A stretch of DNA of 32,824 bases from Eledone cirrhosa (Eukaryota), in NCBI GenBank assembly GCA_964016885.1, contig CAXHJY010001507.1:1-32824 (forward strand), read 5' to 3'. Made by a program: the position numbers and the translations under genes. Positions 18,563 to 31,513 of this stretch are shown here, piece by piece (positions within the stretch are counted from its first letter, which is position 1; each line of letters opens with the position of its first letter). Below the pieces are notes generated by a model. That model was not told where the DNA came from and ran no database searches. It saw only the letters and a program-made list of their open reading frames with translations.

Positions 18563-19589
18563 AAATCTTCACTTACCCTTGCACACATATGCTCGCGCTT
18601 ACTTCTTTACCATAGCCTAGGGTGTTTCATATTTATAGGGAAAATGTTTATAGGGAAAACGCCTCATTCCAGTTGTGCCCTGAATTTATTTTACATAAAA
18701 CTTACATAAGCAAAAATACAAGAAGATACGAATATGTTTAAGGGTTGCACAGTTAGTTGTTTTTTTTTTGTTTTTTTTAATGCTATGCAAAAAAAAAAAA
18801 AAAATGCAAAGAATTTATGTCGACACTTGTTGATTGTAACCAGATTGCATTTTTGTCCGTTTTCAAGAAACATTTCTACCGTTTATAGGATCCTAAATGA
18901 AAAAAAAAGTTAATCATAAACTTAAACTAAGTATTGAGAAATAATTTTACATCGATGATTTGTTTCCATTGTTCGGGCAAAGAAGTATTTGATATTACGT
19001 TGATAAGATGAGCTTTTTTATATTTGTTTGGATAATTCAACAAAATAATGAGCTAACACTAAGGTTTTAATGCAAAATTCATTGCATTGTTGGTTCAGTG
19101 CTGGTTTTTGATAGCGAGTGGTAAACACTGGTTTTCGTCAAGTTCCATCCGTTGTTATAGTTATAAAATAATTTTCTCTTTTGCTTTTCACAGCTTTTAC
19201 ATTTCAGAAATGTATGACCCCCAAAGGCCCATTAAAATAAAATTGATTGATTGATTTTGGTTTTCATCTTTCATAGAGAATAAGAAAATCGAAACCAGAA
19301 AGGCCATTTGGCTGCTTGAGAAAAAGCCCGAGGGTTAGTTACCCGAGACTCGGCTCCCCTCCAAACTAAGTTCTCTTGTGTTTTCTCTGCCATCACGTCG
19401 AACTTGGGGAGACATTTCAGTTGTCGTAAAAAACATTATTTTCGGACGGAGGACTAGCGTCCCAACTGTTAAGACTGTTTACCATCTATATCAAGCGTAA
19501 AACTAATATAGTTCTTCATTGTATTGTATTGCATGCCTTTTGTACACACACACACACGTGTGTGTGTGTGTGTGTGTGTGCGTGTCGTA

Positions 19590-19750
19590 GCTGAGTAGTT
19601 TCACAAAACAGAAATCGATAAAACAAGTACAAAACATGAAAAAGAAATATGTACTGGGAGTCACTAAGATCGACTAAATACCATCGAGGCAGTGCCCCCA
19701 GCATGGCCGCGGTCTAATCGCTGCAACCAGTAAAAGAATAAAGGAATAAA
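19590..19750 (+). mobile_element. Degenerate SINE 3' part
   Basis: Tail GGCAGTGCCCCCAGCATGGCC..CCAGTAAAAGAATA is shared with 21140-21200 (-) and 28850-28903. Confidence 0.6.
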
Positions 19751-20213
19751 TAACTTATGTGTTTTATTATGGAAGTCGATGGTAGTATTTCTATAAGAAA
19801 CCGAATGGAATCAAAAGAAAGACACTATATCAAATTCTGTTGATGAATATATGTTGGAATGAAATGAGTTTTATGTCGAAATGCTGACATATTAAGCGAA
19901 CAACGTGATACCAAAATTAAATTCTCTTTAACTCGTATGAATGTATGTGTGTGCACATATGTACACACACACACACACATACACACACACACACACACAC
20001 ATATATTTATATATTGATTAGGAATAAAGCGGAAAACCATATGAACCCTTTATACATAAACTTATATAAACCCTTAAAGCTGAGCCAATCGTTAAAAATT
20101 TCTGCGAGAATATTTTACAATGCATATAGATAGATGTTATTAAAAGGAACTGAAGTAACACAAACGATTTTAAGACACTCATGGAATCATTTTATTTATC
20201 TATTATTGTAAAC

Positions 20214-21030
20214 GCGCGAAGCTTAGTGGTTAGGAATTCTCGACCTACAATTATAAGGTCGCGATTGCGATACTAGGCAGCATATAATGTTTATTATAAC
20301 GAGCAGTTGACCCCTGCTTGTGAGGTTCAAAATCAAATTTTCTACAGTTTTAAATCTATTTTTGTGCTCGGTGTTTACATATTGTATCAAATACAACACG
20401 CGCGTACTTAAAACATTCAGGAGTTGTAGCCGTTACAAATACTTCTCAGACCCAAAGAATAACAAACACTGGGTTATGTCACCTGCCTCAAAAATGTGTG
20501 TAGTTCTAAAATTTCCTTTAAATAAGCTCTGGCAGCGTGTTGTGTCCTTGAGCAAGACACTTTATTTCAAGTTGCTCCATTTCACTCACCTGGCAAAAAT
20601 TTAGTAGTAACTATAATCAGACCTGCCAACCTCTAAAATACCATGAAAAAAAGTTCCCTTAAACGGAGAGAAATTAGGCAAAATGGGGAAATTTGACATA
20701 ATGAAAGCTAAACCCATTTTCACAAGAGAAGACATCTCTCACCCAGCCTTGTCACGCACTGGGTCACACTGATTCTCCCTGAGAACTACGTTAATGGTGC
20801 ACGTGTCTGTGGAATGTTCTGCCATTGAACGTTAATATCACAAACAGGATGTTCCGTTGTTAGAAAAACCAGAACACTCGTCGTCGGAACCGTGGTTAAG
20901 TAGTTAGTGCGATCGGTTCTCGATAGTAATGTCATGAGTTCGATTCCTGCCGCTAAAAGCTGATCCATTATTCGAACAACAGGAATTCTCGTCGTTGTAA
21001 CCGACGGAGGTCCAACAATATCAACAATAT
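20214..21030 (+). mobile_element. Fragmented CORE-like SINE(s) with nested inserts
   Basis: tRNA-like head GCTTAGTGGTTAGG (20221), CORE-like GTTGTGTCCTTGAGCAAGACACTTTA (~20539-20564), second head with GAGTTCGATTCC (~20937), and a CAA-type tail. Boundaries are approximate. Confidence 0.5.
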
Positions 21031-21139
21031 TTATTTAATATACCCTAAAGAACGACATCAAAATATGAACGTAAAGGTTAATAGGTTGGACATTAAAATT
21101 GCAGATGATATTCTCTTAAGAGTTTTGTATATTATTTTA

Positions 21140-21460
<321 letters not shown>

Positions 21461-21519
21461 ATTTCATGTTTTACATTGAAGTTGCATCCTGGCAACAAGT
21501 CGATGGCAGTTTCTATTTG

Positions 21520-21665
21520 TATATGACGGACTTCTGCAATTTCTGTCTACCAATTTCTGTCTACCAAATTTCACTCACAAGACATTGGTCAACCTAAGGT
21601 CCCATGCCGTGGGACTAAACCCACGTTGTTGTGAAACAAATTCCTTAATCACGCAGTCATGGCTC
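21520..21665 (-). mobile_element. Degenerate SINE, same family as 17190-17340
   Basis: TTCTGTCTACCAAATTTCACTCACAAG; internal 14-nt duplication CAATTTCTGTCTAC. Confidence 0.6.
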
Positions 21666-22333
21666 CGCATATTCGAGAATTCCTTTATTTTTCAAACGAG
21701 AGTGGAAACTATTGAATTATATTTTTTGCAGTTCCTTCATTTTTTTTTTAAATTAAGGTTCTTTTTTTTTATTTTTATAGCAATACTACTAACATAGCGG
21801 AATTCAGAATAAAGGTGTATAAATATACATATAGTCACGCTGTGGGTATTTTAAGTCGTGATCATGTCACAGCATCCCCGATATTCGTGTAAGAACATTG
21901 AACAAGTATTTTAGAAGTTCTCAAGTCTATATATATAGGTTGTGAGAGTTTTCCCAAAAGCTAATAGTGTTTCAACTCCCCTAGTAACTTACCGCTGTAT
22001 GGCCCGGGATTGCTTATTCGTCCAGCAGGAGTTCACTTATATTGCAACTAACCGTATAGCTATCCGCCACCTGCTATCCGTTCTCTAGCACAACAGCTCT
22101 ACCAAGAACGATATACTTTTAATATAAGTTTATATTAAGATTCATACGTCCAAGATAGACGTCTTGTCTGCTGGTCATTTTTCAAATTTTATTATATACT
22201 CAATACACGAAAATGTAAATCTTTTTTTTTTATTGCCTTGGGTGTTATACTGCCTTAGGTATGAACAGCGCAGTCAAATCATCTTAACTGCATCATACCA
22301 CACTACATGCTACCCTTTCGTTTCGCACCTTTT

Positions 22334-22655
22334 ATATATATATATATATATATAATATATATATATATATAATATATATAATATATATATATATATAATA
22401 TATATATATATATAATATATATATATATATAATATATATATATATAATATAATATATATATAAATAATTGTTTCTACTTTAGGCACAAGGCCAGCAATTT
22501 ACCAGTGCATTACTGGTACTTTATTTTATCGACCCCGTAAGGATGAAAGGCAAAGTCAACCTCGGCGGGATTTGAACTTAGATCGTAAAGGGACGTAACT
22601 ATGCTGGAATGCATGGCGTCCGACCCTCTACCGATACTGCCAATCCCCCCTATAT

Positions 22656-22687
<32 letters not shown>

Positions 22688-22906
22688 ATATATTATATAT
22701 ATATTTTATATATATATATATATATAATATATATATATATATAATATATATATAATATATATAATATATATATAATATATATAATATATATATAATATAT
22801 ATATAATATATATATATATAATATATATATATATAATATATATATATATATAATATATATATATAATATATAATATATATAATATATATATATATAATAT
22901 ATATAT

Positions 22907-22937
<31 letters not shown>

Positions 22938-23181
22938 ATATATATATATATATAATATATAAATATATATATAAATATATATATATAATATATATATATA
23001 TATAATATATATATATAATATATATATGTATATAATATATATAATATATATATGTAATATATATATATATAATATATATATTTAAAATATATATATATAT
23101 ATAATATATATATAATATATATATATAATATATATATATATAATATATATATGTCATATATATATAATATATATATTTAAA

Positions 23182-23213
<32 letters not shown>

Positions 23214-23510
23214 TATATAATATATATATAATATATATATATATAATATATATAATATATATATATAATATATATATATATATAATATATATATATAATA
23301 TATATATAATATATATATATATAATATATATAATATATATATATAATATATATATACATATAATATGTATATATATAATATATATATAAAATATATATAT
23401 ATACATATAATATGTATATATATAATATATATATAAAATAAATATATATATACATATAATATATATATATATATATATAATATATATAGTAATAATAGTA
23501 ATAATAATAA
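22334..23510. repeat. (TA)nA microsatellite interrupted by a SINE
   Basis: Nearly pure A/T; TA runs broken by an extra A. Confidence 0.97.
22463..22650 (-). mobile_element. tRNA-derived Meta-like SINE, full length
   Basis: Reverse-complement homologue of 15662-15847, starting GGGGGGATTGGCAGTATCGG. Confidence 0.8.
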
Positions 23511-24780
23511 ATTTGAAGACTAAAATCCAAAGAGGGCTCGATATAACCCACCATATAATATGGAGGTGGCCACACCATTAGCTAAGATAATTCTTTCCCT
23601 TATTACGAAGCATTTTCCCCCTACACATAAATATAGTAAATTTTTAATAGAAATACTATTAAAATGTCTTACTCTACGACTCCTAACCTTGCACATAACA
23701 TCACAGCTTCAAATTTAGCTAAACTACCTAGCCGTAGAAACACGTGCAACCCTGTAGTTAGTACCAACTGTAATTGCAGGAATCGGGCTGATTGCCCCCT
23801 ATCCGGGAAATGCCTCTCTAGTAACATTGTCTACAAATGTAAGGTTGTAACATCCACGTCCCGTAGGGCCTACATAGGGTTAACCGCCAATAGTTTCAAG
23901 CAGCGTCTTTACATGCATACCCATTCTTTTCGTTACCCTCTTAGAAGGAATATGACGTCACTTTCAGCTTATATCTGGAGTCTAAAAGACAACCACACCC
24001 AATATAAGTTACACTGGGAGATCCGAGCTTGGGCTAGATCGTATAACGGAAATAAAAGACCATGTGACCTCTGCGCCGCTGAAGCCCTGTAAATACTCTA
24101 CGCCTCAGACCACATCTTAAACAAAAAATCTGAGGCAATTTCGGCTTGTAAACATAAATTGCACAAAACTTTCCTGTATTACAGCCCCACGTTATACCCT
24201 AACGGATAGTACGATCTATACGTGGACATTTTACGTCTTGATGTGGGAGCTAAGTATATGTTTTATTTATACCTTTACTTATTTGCATAGGTAAGTATAT
24301 ATTACCCGTACGTTTTGTGAAGGTACGTATACCTTCTCGTACGCATATTTGATTGGTATGGCGTATAATTTTATATATTCTGGTACATATGGTTTAGCTA
24401 TGTGTATACGGGAGTTTTGCGTCTGTGTGAGTATGCAGGTTCGTACATATGGCGGGTGTGTGTATATGTGTACTTCATGTTTTGGTTGACTTACGTCTCC
24501 GAACATTCGTGTGTTTATATGAAGGTATGTGTGTGCGCTTGTTACATACGTATTTATTTGTTTATATAATTATTTATTTATTTGTATACACGCATACACA
24601 CACACACATATTTATATATGCGGGGTTTTGTATACCTATGGTAGTTTTTGCATATGCTCGTGTATGTACATATTTGTTTGCGTGTATGTATTTATTTATT
24701 TCTATTACTTCTGTATTGTATTTATTTACTTTGTTCTTAACTCTGTAGCGGAGATTCATTTGGTCTCCTTGTTAGAATTT

Positions 24781-25035
24781 TAGTCTACGATTTCTGCTAT
24801 ACCATTTACGTGGTTTTGTCTTTGCGTGCTATTGTTCTCCAAGGTCCACATATGACGTATTATCTTCGTTTTTTCGTTCATTGCCAGAGAACGTCTCTAT
24901 GCACCACCTAAGAGAACATTAGTCTACGACCTCTTTTATACCATAAACGTGGTTCTGTCTTTGCGCGTAATTGTTTTTCACCGCTCCTATTAATGACGTA
25001 TTATATTCGTTTTTTCTCGTTCTTTGCCAGCGAAA
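24781..25035 (+). repeat. Diverged tandem duplication (139-nt period) in the PLE 3' region
   Basis: TAGTCTACGA..ACGTGGTT.TGTCTTTGCG..ATGACGTATTAT.TTCGTTTTTTC..TTGCCAG begins at both 24781 and 24920. Confidence 0.85.
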
Positions 25036-25111
25036 GTTATCACGAACCAAAGTATCGTCTTCCTGTCTTCCTCCGGTTGCAATGTTTTTTGAAATATCCA
25101 GTTCTGCGTTT

Positions 25112-25187
25112 ACAGATTGACTTTCTTAGTTTCAGAAGATCCCGATAAGGGTGAAAGCAGCGATTCTTTGCTTAAACTTTAATCTGT
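25112..25187 (+). ncRNA. Type I hammerhead-like motif with U4A core change
   Basis: ACAGATTG..AGTTT (I) CAGAAGA T-CCC-GATAA-GGG-T (II) GAAA GCAG..TTGC (III) TT AAACT.TAATCTGT (I'). Confidence 0.7.
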
Positions 25188-25199
25188 TATTTTAATAAA

Positions 25200-25845
25200 T
25201 ATAATATATATAATATATATATAATATATATATATACATATAATATATATATATAATATATATATAATATATATATATATAATATATATATATATAATAT
25301 ATATATATATAATATATATATATATAATATATATATAAAATATATATACATATAATATATATATAATATATATATATACATATAATATATATATAATATA
25401 TATATATATAATATATATATATATAATATATATATATAATATATATATATATAATATATATATATAATATATATATATATAATATATATATATAATATAT
25501 ATATATATAATTTATATATTTATAATATATATATATTTATAATTTATATATTTATAATATATATATATTTATAATATATATATATATAATATACATATAT
25601 ATATATAATATACATTATATATATAATATACATATATATATATAATATATATAATATATATATATAATATATATATATAATATATAAATATATATAATAT
25701 ATATATATATAATATATATATACATAATATATATATAATACAAATATATATATAATATATATATAATATATATATATAATATATATATAATATATATATA
25801 TATAATATATATATAATATATATATATATAATATATATATAATAT

Positions 25846-25877
<32 letters not shown>

Positions 25878-25993
25878 ATATATATATAATATATATATAT
25901 ATAATATATATATAATATATATATATATAATATATATATAATATATATATATAATATATATATATAATATATATATAATATATATATATATAT

Positions 25994-26024
<31 letters not shown>

Positions 26025-26030
26025 ATATAT

Positions 26031-26062
<32 letters not shown>

Positions 26063-26216
26063 ATATTATATATATATATAATATATATATTATATATATA
26101 TTATATATATATATATATAATATATATATAAATATAATATATATATTATATATATATTATATATATATATATATAATATATATATAATATATATATTATA
26201 TATATATTATATATAT

Positions 26217-26250
<34 letters not shown>

Positions 26251-26589
26251 ATATATATATATAATATATATAATATATATAATATATATAATATATATAT
26301 ATAAATATATATATATAATATATATATATATATATAATATATATATATAATATATATATATAATATATATAATATATATAATATATATAATATATATATA
26401 TAAATATATATATATAGTATATATATATATATATAATATATATATAATATATATATAATATATATATAATATATATATAATATATATATAATATATATAT
26501 AATAATATATATATATATATAATATATATATAATATATATATAATAATATATATATATATATAATATATATATAATATATATATAATAA
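25200..26589. repeat. (TA)nA microsatellite
   Basis: Directly visible. Confidence 0.97.
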
Positions 26590-27554
26590 TATCATCATCA
26601 TCATCATCAACGTTTAACGTCCGTGTTCCACGCTTGCATGGGTTTGGACGGGGGTAGTCCCACTTGAGGCAAGAGTGATTGTCTTGCTCGCATAGGACTG
26701 TCTGGCAGGTTTTCTACAGTTGGATGCCCTTCCTAACACCAACCACATTTACAGTGTGGGTCTGGGAGGTTTTTACCGTGTTGCCTACACGGCCACATTA
26801 CAGCGTGGACTGTGTGTTTTTTTGTCGTGACACCTACACGATCTCATTTGTTTCGGCCTGGATGGCGCGGCACCAACATAACTTTACATAGAACGGGGTG
26901 GTGTGGATGGGGTGGGGGTGGCGGCGGGAGGGGTGTATTTGTTAGAGATGCCTACTGGCAAGGCGGGTCTTCTCTGTTACTGAGTACCGCCAAAGGTCAC
27001 GGTCCAGTGACATTGTCTTGGAGAGGTGTAAGTGTGTGAGGTCGGAGTTTATCAGCTCATCCCATGTTTTTCTAGGTCTGCCTATTCCGTGGCTACCGTC
27101 TATCTTTATTGCCCTGCACTTTGTAATACAGCTATCGACTTTCATGCGCATCACGTGTCCATACCAACGCAGCCTTCTCTCGAGTAAACAACATCTGATC
27201 CCTCTTATCTCTAATTTTTTCCTTAGTTCGTTTATGCTTTGCCGTTCACGTATATTACTGTTACACATCCAGCGGAGCATGCAAGCTTCGTTCCTCTCTA
27301 GTCTGCGTATATCCTCTGCACACAATGCCCAGGTCTCACTACCATGCAACATTGCTGTTCGTATGCAGGCATCGTACAACCTGCCTTTCATTTTTAGGGA
27401 GAACCCTTTAGCAGCTAATAGTGGTATAAGCTCTCTGAACTTTTTCCAACCAGTTCTGACTCTAGCTACAGTACTTTCAGAGCACCCTCCCCCACTGCTG
27501 ATTTTATCGCCCAGGTAACGGAAGCTGTCACTATTTCTATAAAACCCTCTGCGC
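26590..27554 (-). mobile_element. 5'-truncated RTE-clade LINE (second family): RT C-terminus, ~330-nt 3'UTR, (GAT)n tail
   Basis: DSFRYLGD..GWKKFREL..MLHGSETW..LRWYGHVMR..GRPRKTW..DRDLWR, stop at 26942, and (ATC)6 at ~26591-26608. Confidence 0.92.
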
Positions 27555-27734
27555 ATATATATATATATATAATAAAATATATATATATATATAATAATAT
27601 ATATATATATATATATAATATATATATATATATAATATATATATACATATATAATATATATAATATATATATAATATATATAATATATATATAATATACA
27701 TATACATATAATATATATATACATAATATATATA

Positions 27735-27776
<42 letters not shown>

Positions 27777-27854
27777 TATATAATATATATATATATAATA
27801 TATAATATACATATAATATATATATATAATATATATATAGATATAATATATATA

Positions 27855-27896
<42 letters not shown>

Positions 27897-28496
27897 TATA
27901 TAATATATATATATATAATATATATATACATATAATATATATATATATAATATATATATACATATAATATATATATACATATAATATATATATATACATA
28001 TAATATATATATACATATAATATATATATATACATATAATATATATATATATAATATATATATATATTATATATATATAATATATATATTTATAATATAT
28101 ATATATATATAATATATATATATATATAATATATATATATATAATATATATATATATAATATATATTATATATATAATATATATATATATATAATATATA
28201 TATATAATGTATATATATATATAATATATATATATAATGTATATATATATATATAATATATATAATATATATATAATATATATAATATATAATACATATA
28301 ATATATATATATATAATATATATAATATATAATACATATAATATATATATATAATATATATAATATATAATACATATAATATATATATATATATAATATA
28401 TATATATATAATATATAATATATATATATATAATATATATATATAAATAAAATATATATATATATAATATATAAATATATATATATAATATATATA

Positions 28497-28699
28497 ACGA
28501 AGGAAATGTGATAAGGAAAAAGGTGGACCATAACGCACCAAAGTACTCAATACTTGAGGTAGTAGAGTGGGTAATAGGAACCAGTAACACCCCGACAGCT
28601 GAGCTCAAGCCGTTTCGACGGCTAATTCTGGACGCATGAGTCCAGAATTAGCCGTCGAAACGGCTTGAGCTCAGCTGTCGGGGTCTTACTGGTTCCTAT
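28497..28699. mobile_element. Fold-back PLE-like element: 60-bp hairpin of mirrored hammerhead 3' halves plus tail
   Basis: Arms 28574-28633 and 28640-28699 (59/60 paired), loop GCATGA. Each arm reads CGAAA-CGGC-TTGAGCTCA-GCTG-TC-GGGG outward. Confidence 0.8.
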
Positions 28700-28813
28700 A
28701 ATATATATATATATATATAATATATAAATATATATAATATATAAATATAATATATATATATATAATATATATATAATATATATATATAATATATATATAA
28801 TATATAATATATA

Positions 28814-28849
<36 letters not shown>

Positions 28850-28852
<3 letters not shown>

Positions 28853-28903
28853 GCGGTGCCCCAGCATGGCCTCAGCCGGATGGCTGAAACAGGTAAAAGA
28901 GTA
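28850..28903 (+). mobile_element. Isolated SINE/LINE 3'-tail fragment
   Basis: GGCGGTGCCCCAGCATGGCCTCAGCCGGATGGCTGAAACAGGTAAAAGAGTA; related to the tail at ~19690-19745. Confidence 0.7.
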
Positions 28904-29124
28904 TATAATATATATATAATATATATATATATATAATATATATATATATTTTATATATATATATAATATATATATAAAATATATATATATTATAATATAT
29001 ATATATAAAATATATATATATATATAATATATATATATATATAATATATATATATATAATATATATATATATAATATATATATAATATATATATATTTAA
29101 TATATATATAATATATATATATAT

Positions 29125-29159
<35 letters not shown>

Positions 29160-29696
29160 ATATAATATATATATATATAATATATATATATAATATATAT
29201 ATAATATATTATATATATATATATAATATATATATATAATATATATATAATATAATTATATATATATATATATATAATATATATATATATAATATATATA
29301 TATAATATATATATAATATATATATATAATATGTATATAATATATATATAATATATATATAAATATATATATATTTAATATATATAATATATATATAATA
29401 TATATATATAATATATATATATATAATATATATATAATATATATAATATATATATAATATATATATATATAATATATATATAATATATAATATATATATA
29501 TAATATATATATAATATATATATATATATAATATATATAATATATATATAATATATATATACATAATATATATAATATATATATAATATATATAGAGAAA
29601 ATATATATATAATATATATATAATATATATATAATATATATATATATATAATATATATATAATATATATATAATATATAATATATATATATAATAT

Positions 29697-29731
<35 letters not shown>

Positions 29732-29775
29732 ATATATATATATATAATATATATATAATATATATATATATATAA

Positions 29776-29822
29776 TTTCTCTTTTACTCTTTTACCTGTT
29801 TCAGCCATCCGGCTGAGGCCAT
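29776..29822 (-). mobile_element. Isolated SINE/LINE 3'-tail fragment
   Basis: Reverse complement of the 3' part of 28850-28903. Confidence 0.7.
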
Positions 29823-29853
29823 ATATATATAATATAATATAATATATATATAT

Positions 29854-29884
<31 letters not shown>

Positions 29885-30015
29885 ATATATATATAATATA
29901 TAATATATATATAATATATATAATATATATATATTATATATATAATATATATATAATATATATATATATATAATATATATATTATATATAATATATATAT
30001 AAATATATAATATAT

Positions 30016-30066
<51 letters not shown>

Positions 30067-30350
30067 ATATATATATATTATATATATATAATAAATAATA
30101 TATATATAATATAATATATATTTAATATATATATATTTAATATATATATAATATATATATAGTATATATATAATATATATATATATATATAATATTATAT
30201 ATATAATATATATAATATATATATATATAATATATATAATATATATAATATATATAATATAATATAATATTTAGAAATATATATAATATATTATATAATA
30301 ATATATATATATATATATATTAATATATATATATAATATAAATATATAAT

Positions 30351-30399
<49 letters not shown>

Positions 30400-30578
30400 T
30401 ATATAATATATATATATAATATATATAATATATATAATATATATAATATATATATATAAATATATATATATAATATATATATATAATATATTATAATATA
30501 TAATATATATATATATAATATATATAATATATATATAATATATATATAATATATAATATATATATATAATATATATAC

Positions 30579-30611
<33 letters not shown>

Positions 30612-30627
30612 ATATATATATATATAT

Positions 30628-30658
<31 letters not shown>

Positions 30659-30659
30659 A

Positions 30660-30706
30660 TTTCTCTTTTACTCTTTTACCTGTTTCAGCCATCCGGCTGC
30701 AGCCAT
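30660..30706 (-). mobile_element. Isolated SINE/LINE 3'-tail fragment
   Basis: Near-identical to 29776-29822. Confidence 0.7.
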
Positions 30707-30942
30707 ATTATATATATATAATATATATATATATATATAATATATATATATATATATAATATATATATAATATATATATACATAATATATATAATATATA
30801 TATAATATATATAGAGAAAATATATATATAATATTATATATATATAATATATATATATACGTTATTCCGGGTTGAATCGGAGGTAACCACAGTAAGTAAG
30901 GTACTCAATACATAGCAGAGTATAATAGTTTTAATATAGAAG

Positions 30943-30993
30943 AGATTCTACAGGACTAGAACTGTTTCATTCATTAGAAATCATCAGGAATCT
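30943..30993 (-). ncRNA. Type I hammerhead ribozyme
   Basis: AGATTC (I) CTGATGA T-TTC-TAAT-GAA-T (II) GAAA CAG-TTCTAGTC-CTG (III) TA GAATCT (I'). GUA triplet. Confidence 0.85.
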
Positions 30994-31015
30994 GGGTATC
31001 AAAAAATAAATATGG

Positions 31016-31077
31016 TATTTATAGGTCTCTACAAGTGGTAGGAGAGGGTGGGGAGTGGGATGGGTGCAGGTCATTGG
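31016..31077 (-). promoter_or_regulatory. Putative pol II promoter (CCAAT + TATA) upstream of the HHR
   Basis: CCAAT lies ~50 nt upstream of TATAAATA, which lies ~22 nt upstream of the HHR. Confidence 0.4.
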
Positions 31078-31440
31078 TTGATAGAGAAGGGAATTCATTA
31101 AAGGCTAATTCTACATAGCTATAGTTAATTTATATTTATTTATGTTTTTAGAGTAACAAAGGCAGACAGAAATCTATAAACAAGTTCCGGATGGCATACA
31201 TTCCTTGTCAATAAGTTTCTCTTAAGCTAGCAGATGTCTATAAAATCAGTGGGGGGTCATTCATGCTCGATAGAATTAAAGGAAAGGGAGATTCTTTAAA
31301 AGCTAAAGTCATTAAGTTCTGCTAAGTGACAAAGGTCTAGGGAATTCTGCAGACAGATTCAAAGTACTGAGTGCATATCTTACTATTATCTTCGAACTTC
31401 TCTTAAACTAATCAACAATATGCCAAATCAACAGACACAT

Positions 31441-31482
31441 TCACAAAAAAACAAAAAAACCCCAAAAAAACCAAAAAACCAG

Positions 31483-31513
<31 letters not shown>

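Larger units (their letters stand above)
23511..25199 (+). mobile_element. 5'-truncated Penelope-like element (Naiad-like): linker, GIY-YIG, long 3' region and HHR
   Basis: YNPPYNMEVATPLAK..KHFPPTHKYSKF/NRNTIKMSYS (frameshift at 23641-23645), CNCRNRADCPLSGKCL, IVYKC..YIGLT..FKQR..H, CDLC..E, in-frame TAA at 24090, ILNKKSE..CKH, stop at 24207-24209. HHR at 25112-25187 and AATAAA at 25194. Confidence 0.88.
27555..30859. repeat. (TA)nA microsatellite with small embedded inserts
   Basis: Directly visible. Confidence 0.97.
30860..31440 (-). mobile_element. Non-coding PLE-like pseudo-LTR/3' fragment with CCAAT, TATA, HHR and tail
   Basis: Minus-strand order: CCAAT (31077-31073), TATAAATA (31023-31016), HHR, ATTAAA, ~80-nt tail, (TA)n. 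The upstream boundary is uncertain. Confidence 0.65.

Noticed and set aside
18620-19475. Possible DNA-transposon remnant (ends ...GTCCCAACTGTTAA) with plus-strand acceptor-like sites near 19190
   Set aside because: No matching TIR, transposase frame or convincing exon was found.
20627-20720. hAT-like terminus CAGACCTGCCAAC
   Set aside because: Only one end is seen, with no partner TIR or 8-bp TSD.
24090-24092. In-frame stop in the Naiad-like ORF as possible selenocysteine recoding
   Set aside because: The codon is TAA, not TGA, and the copy also has a frameshift. This is simple decay.
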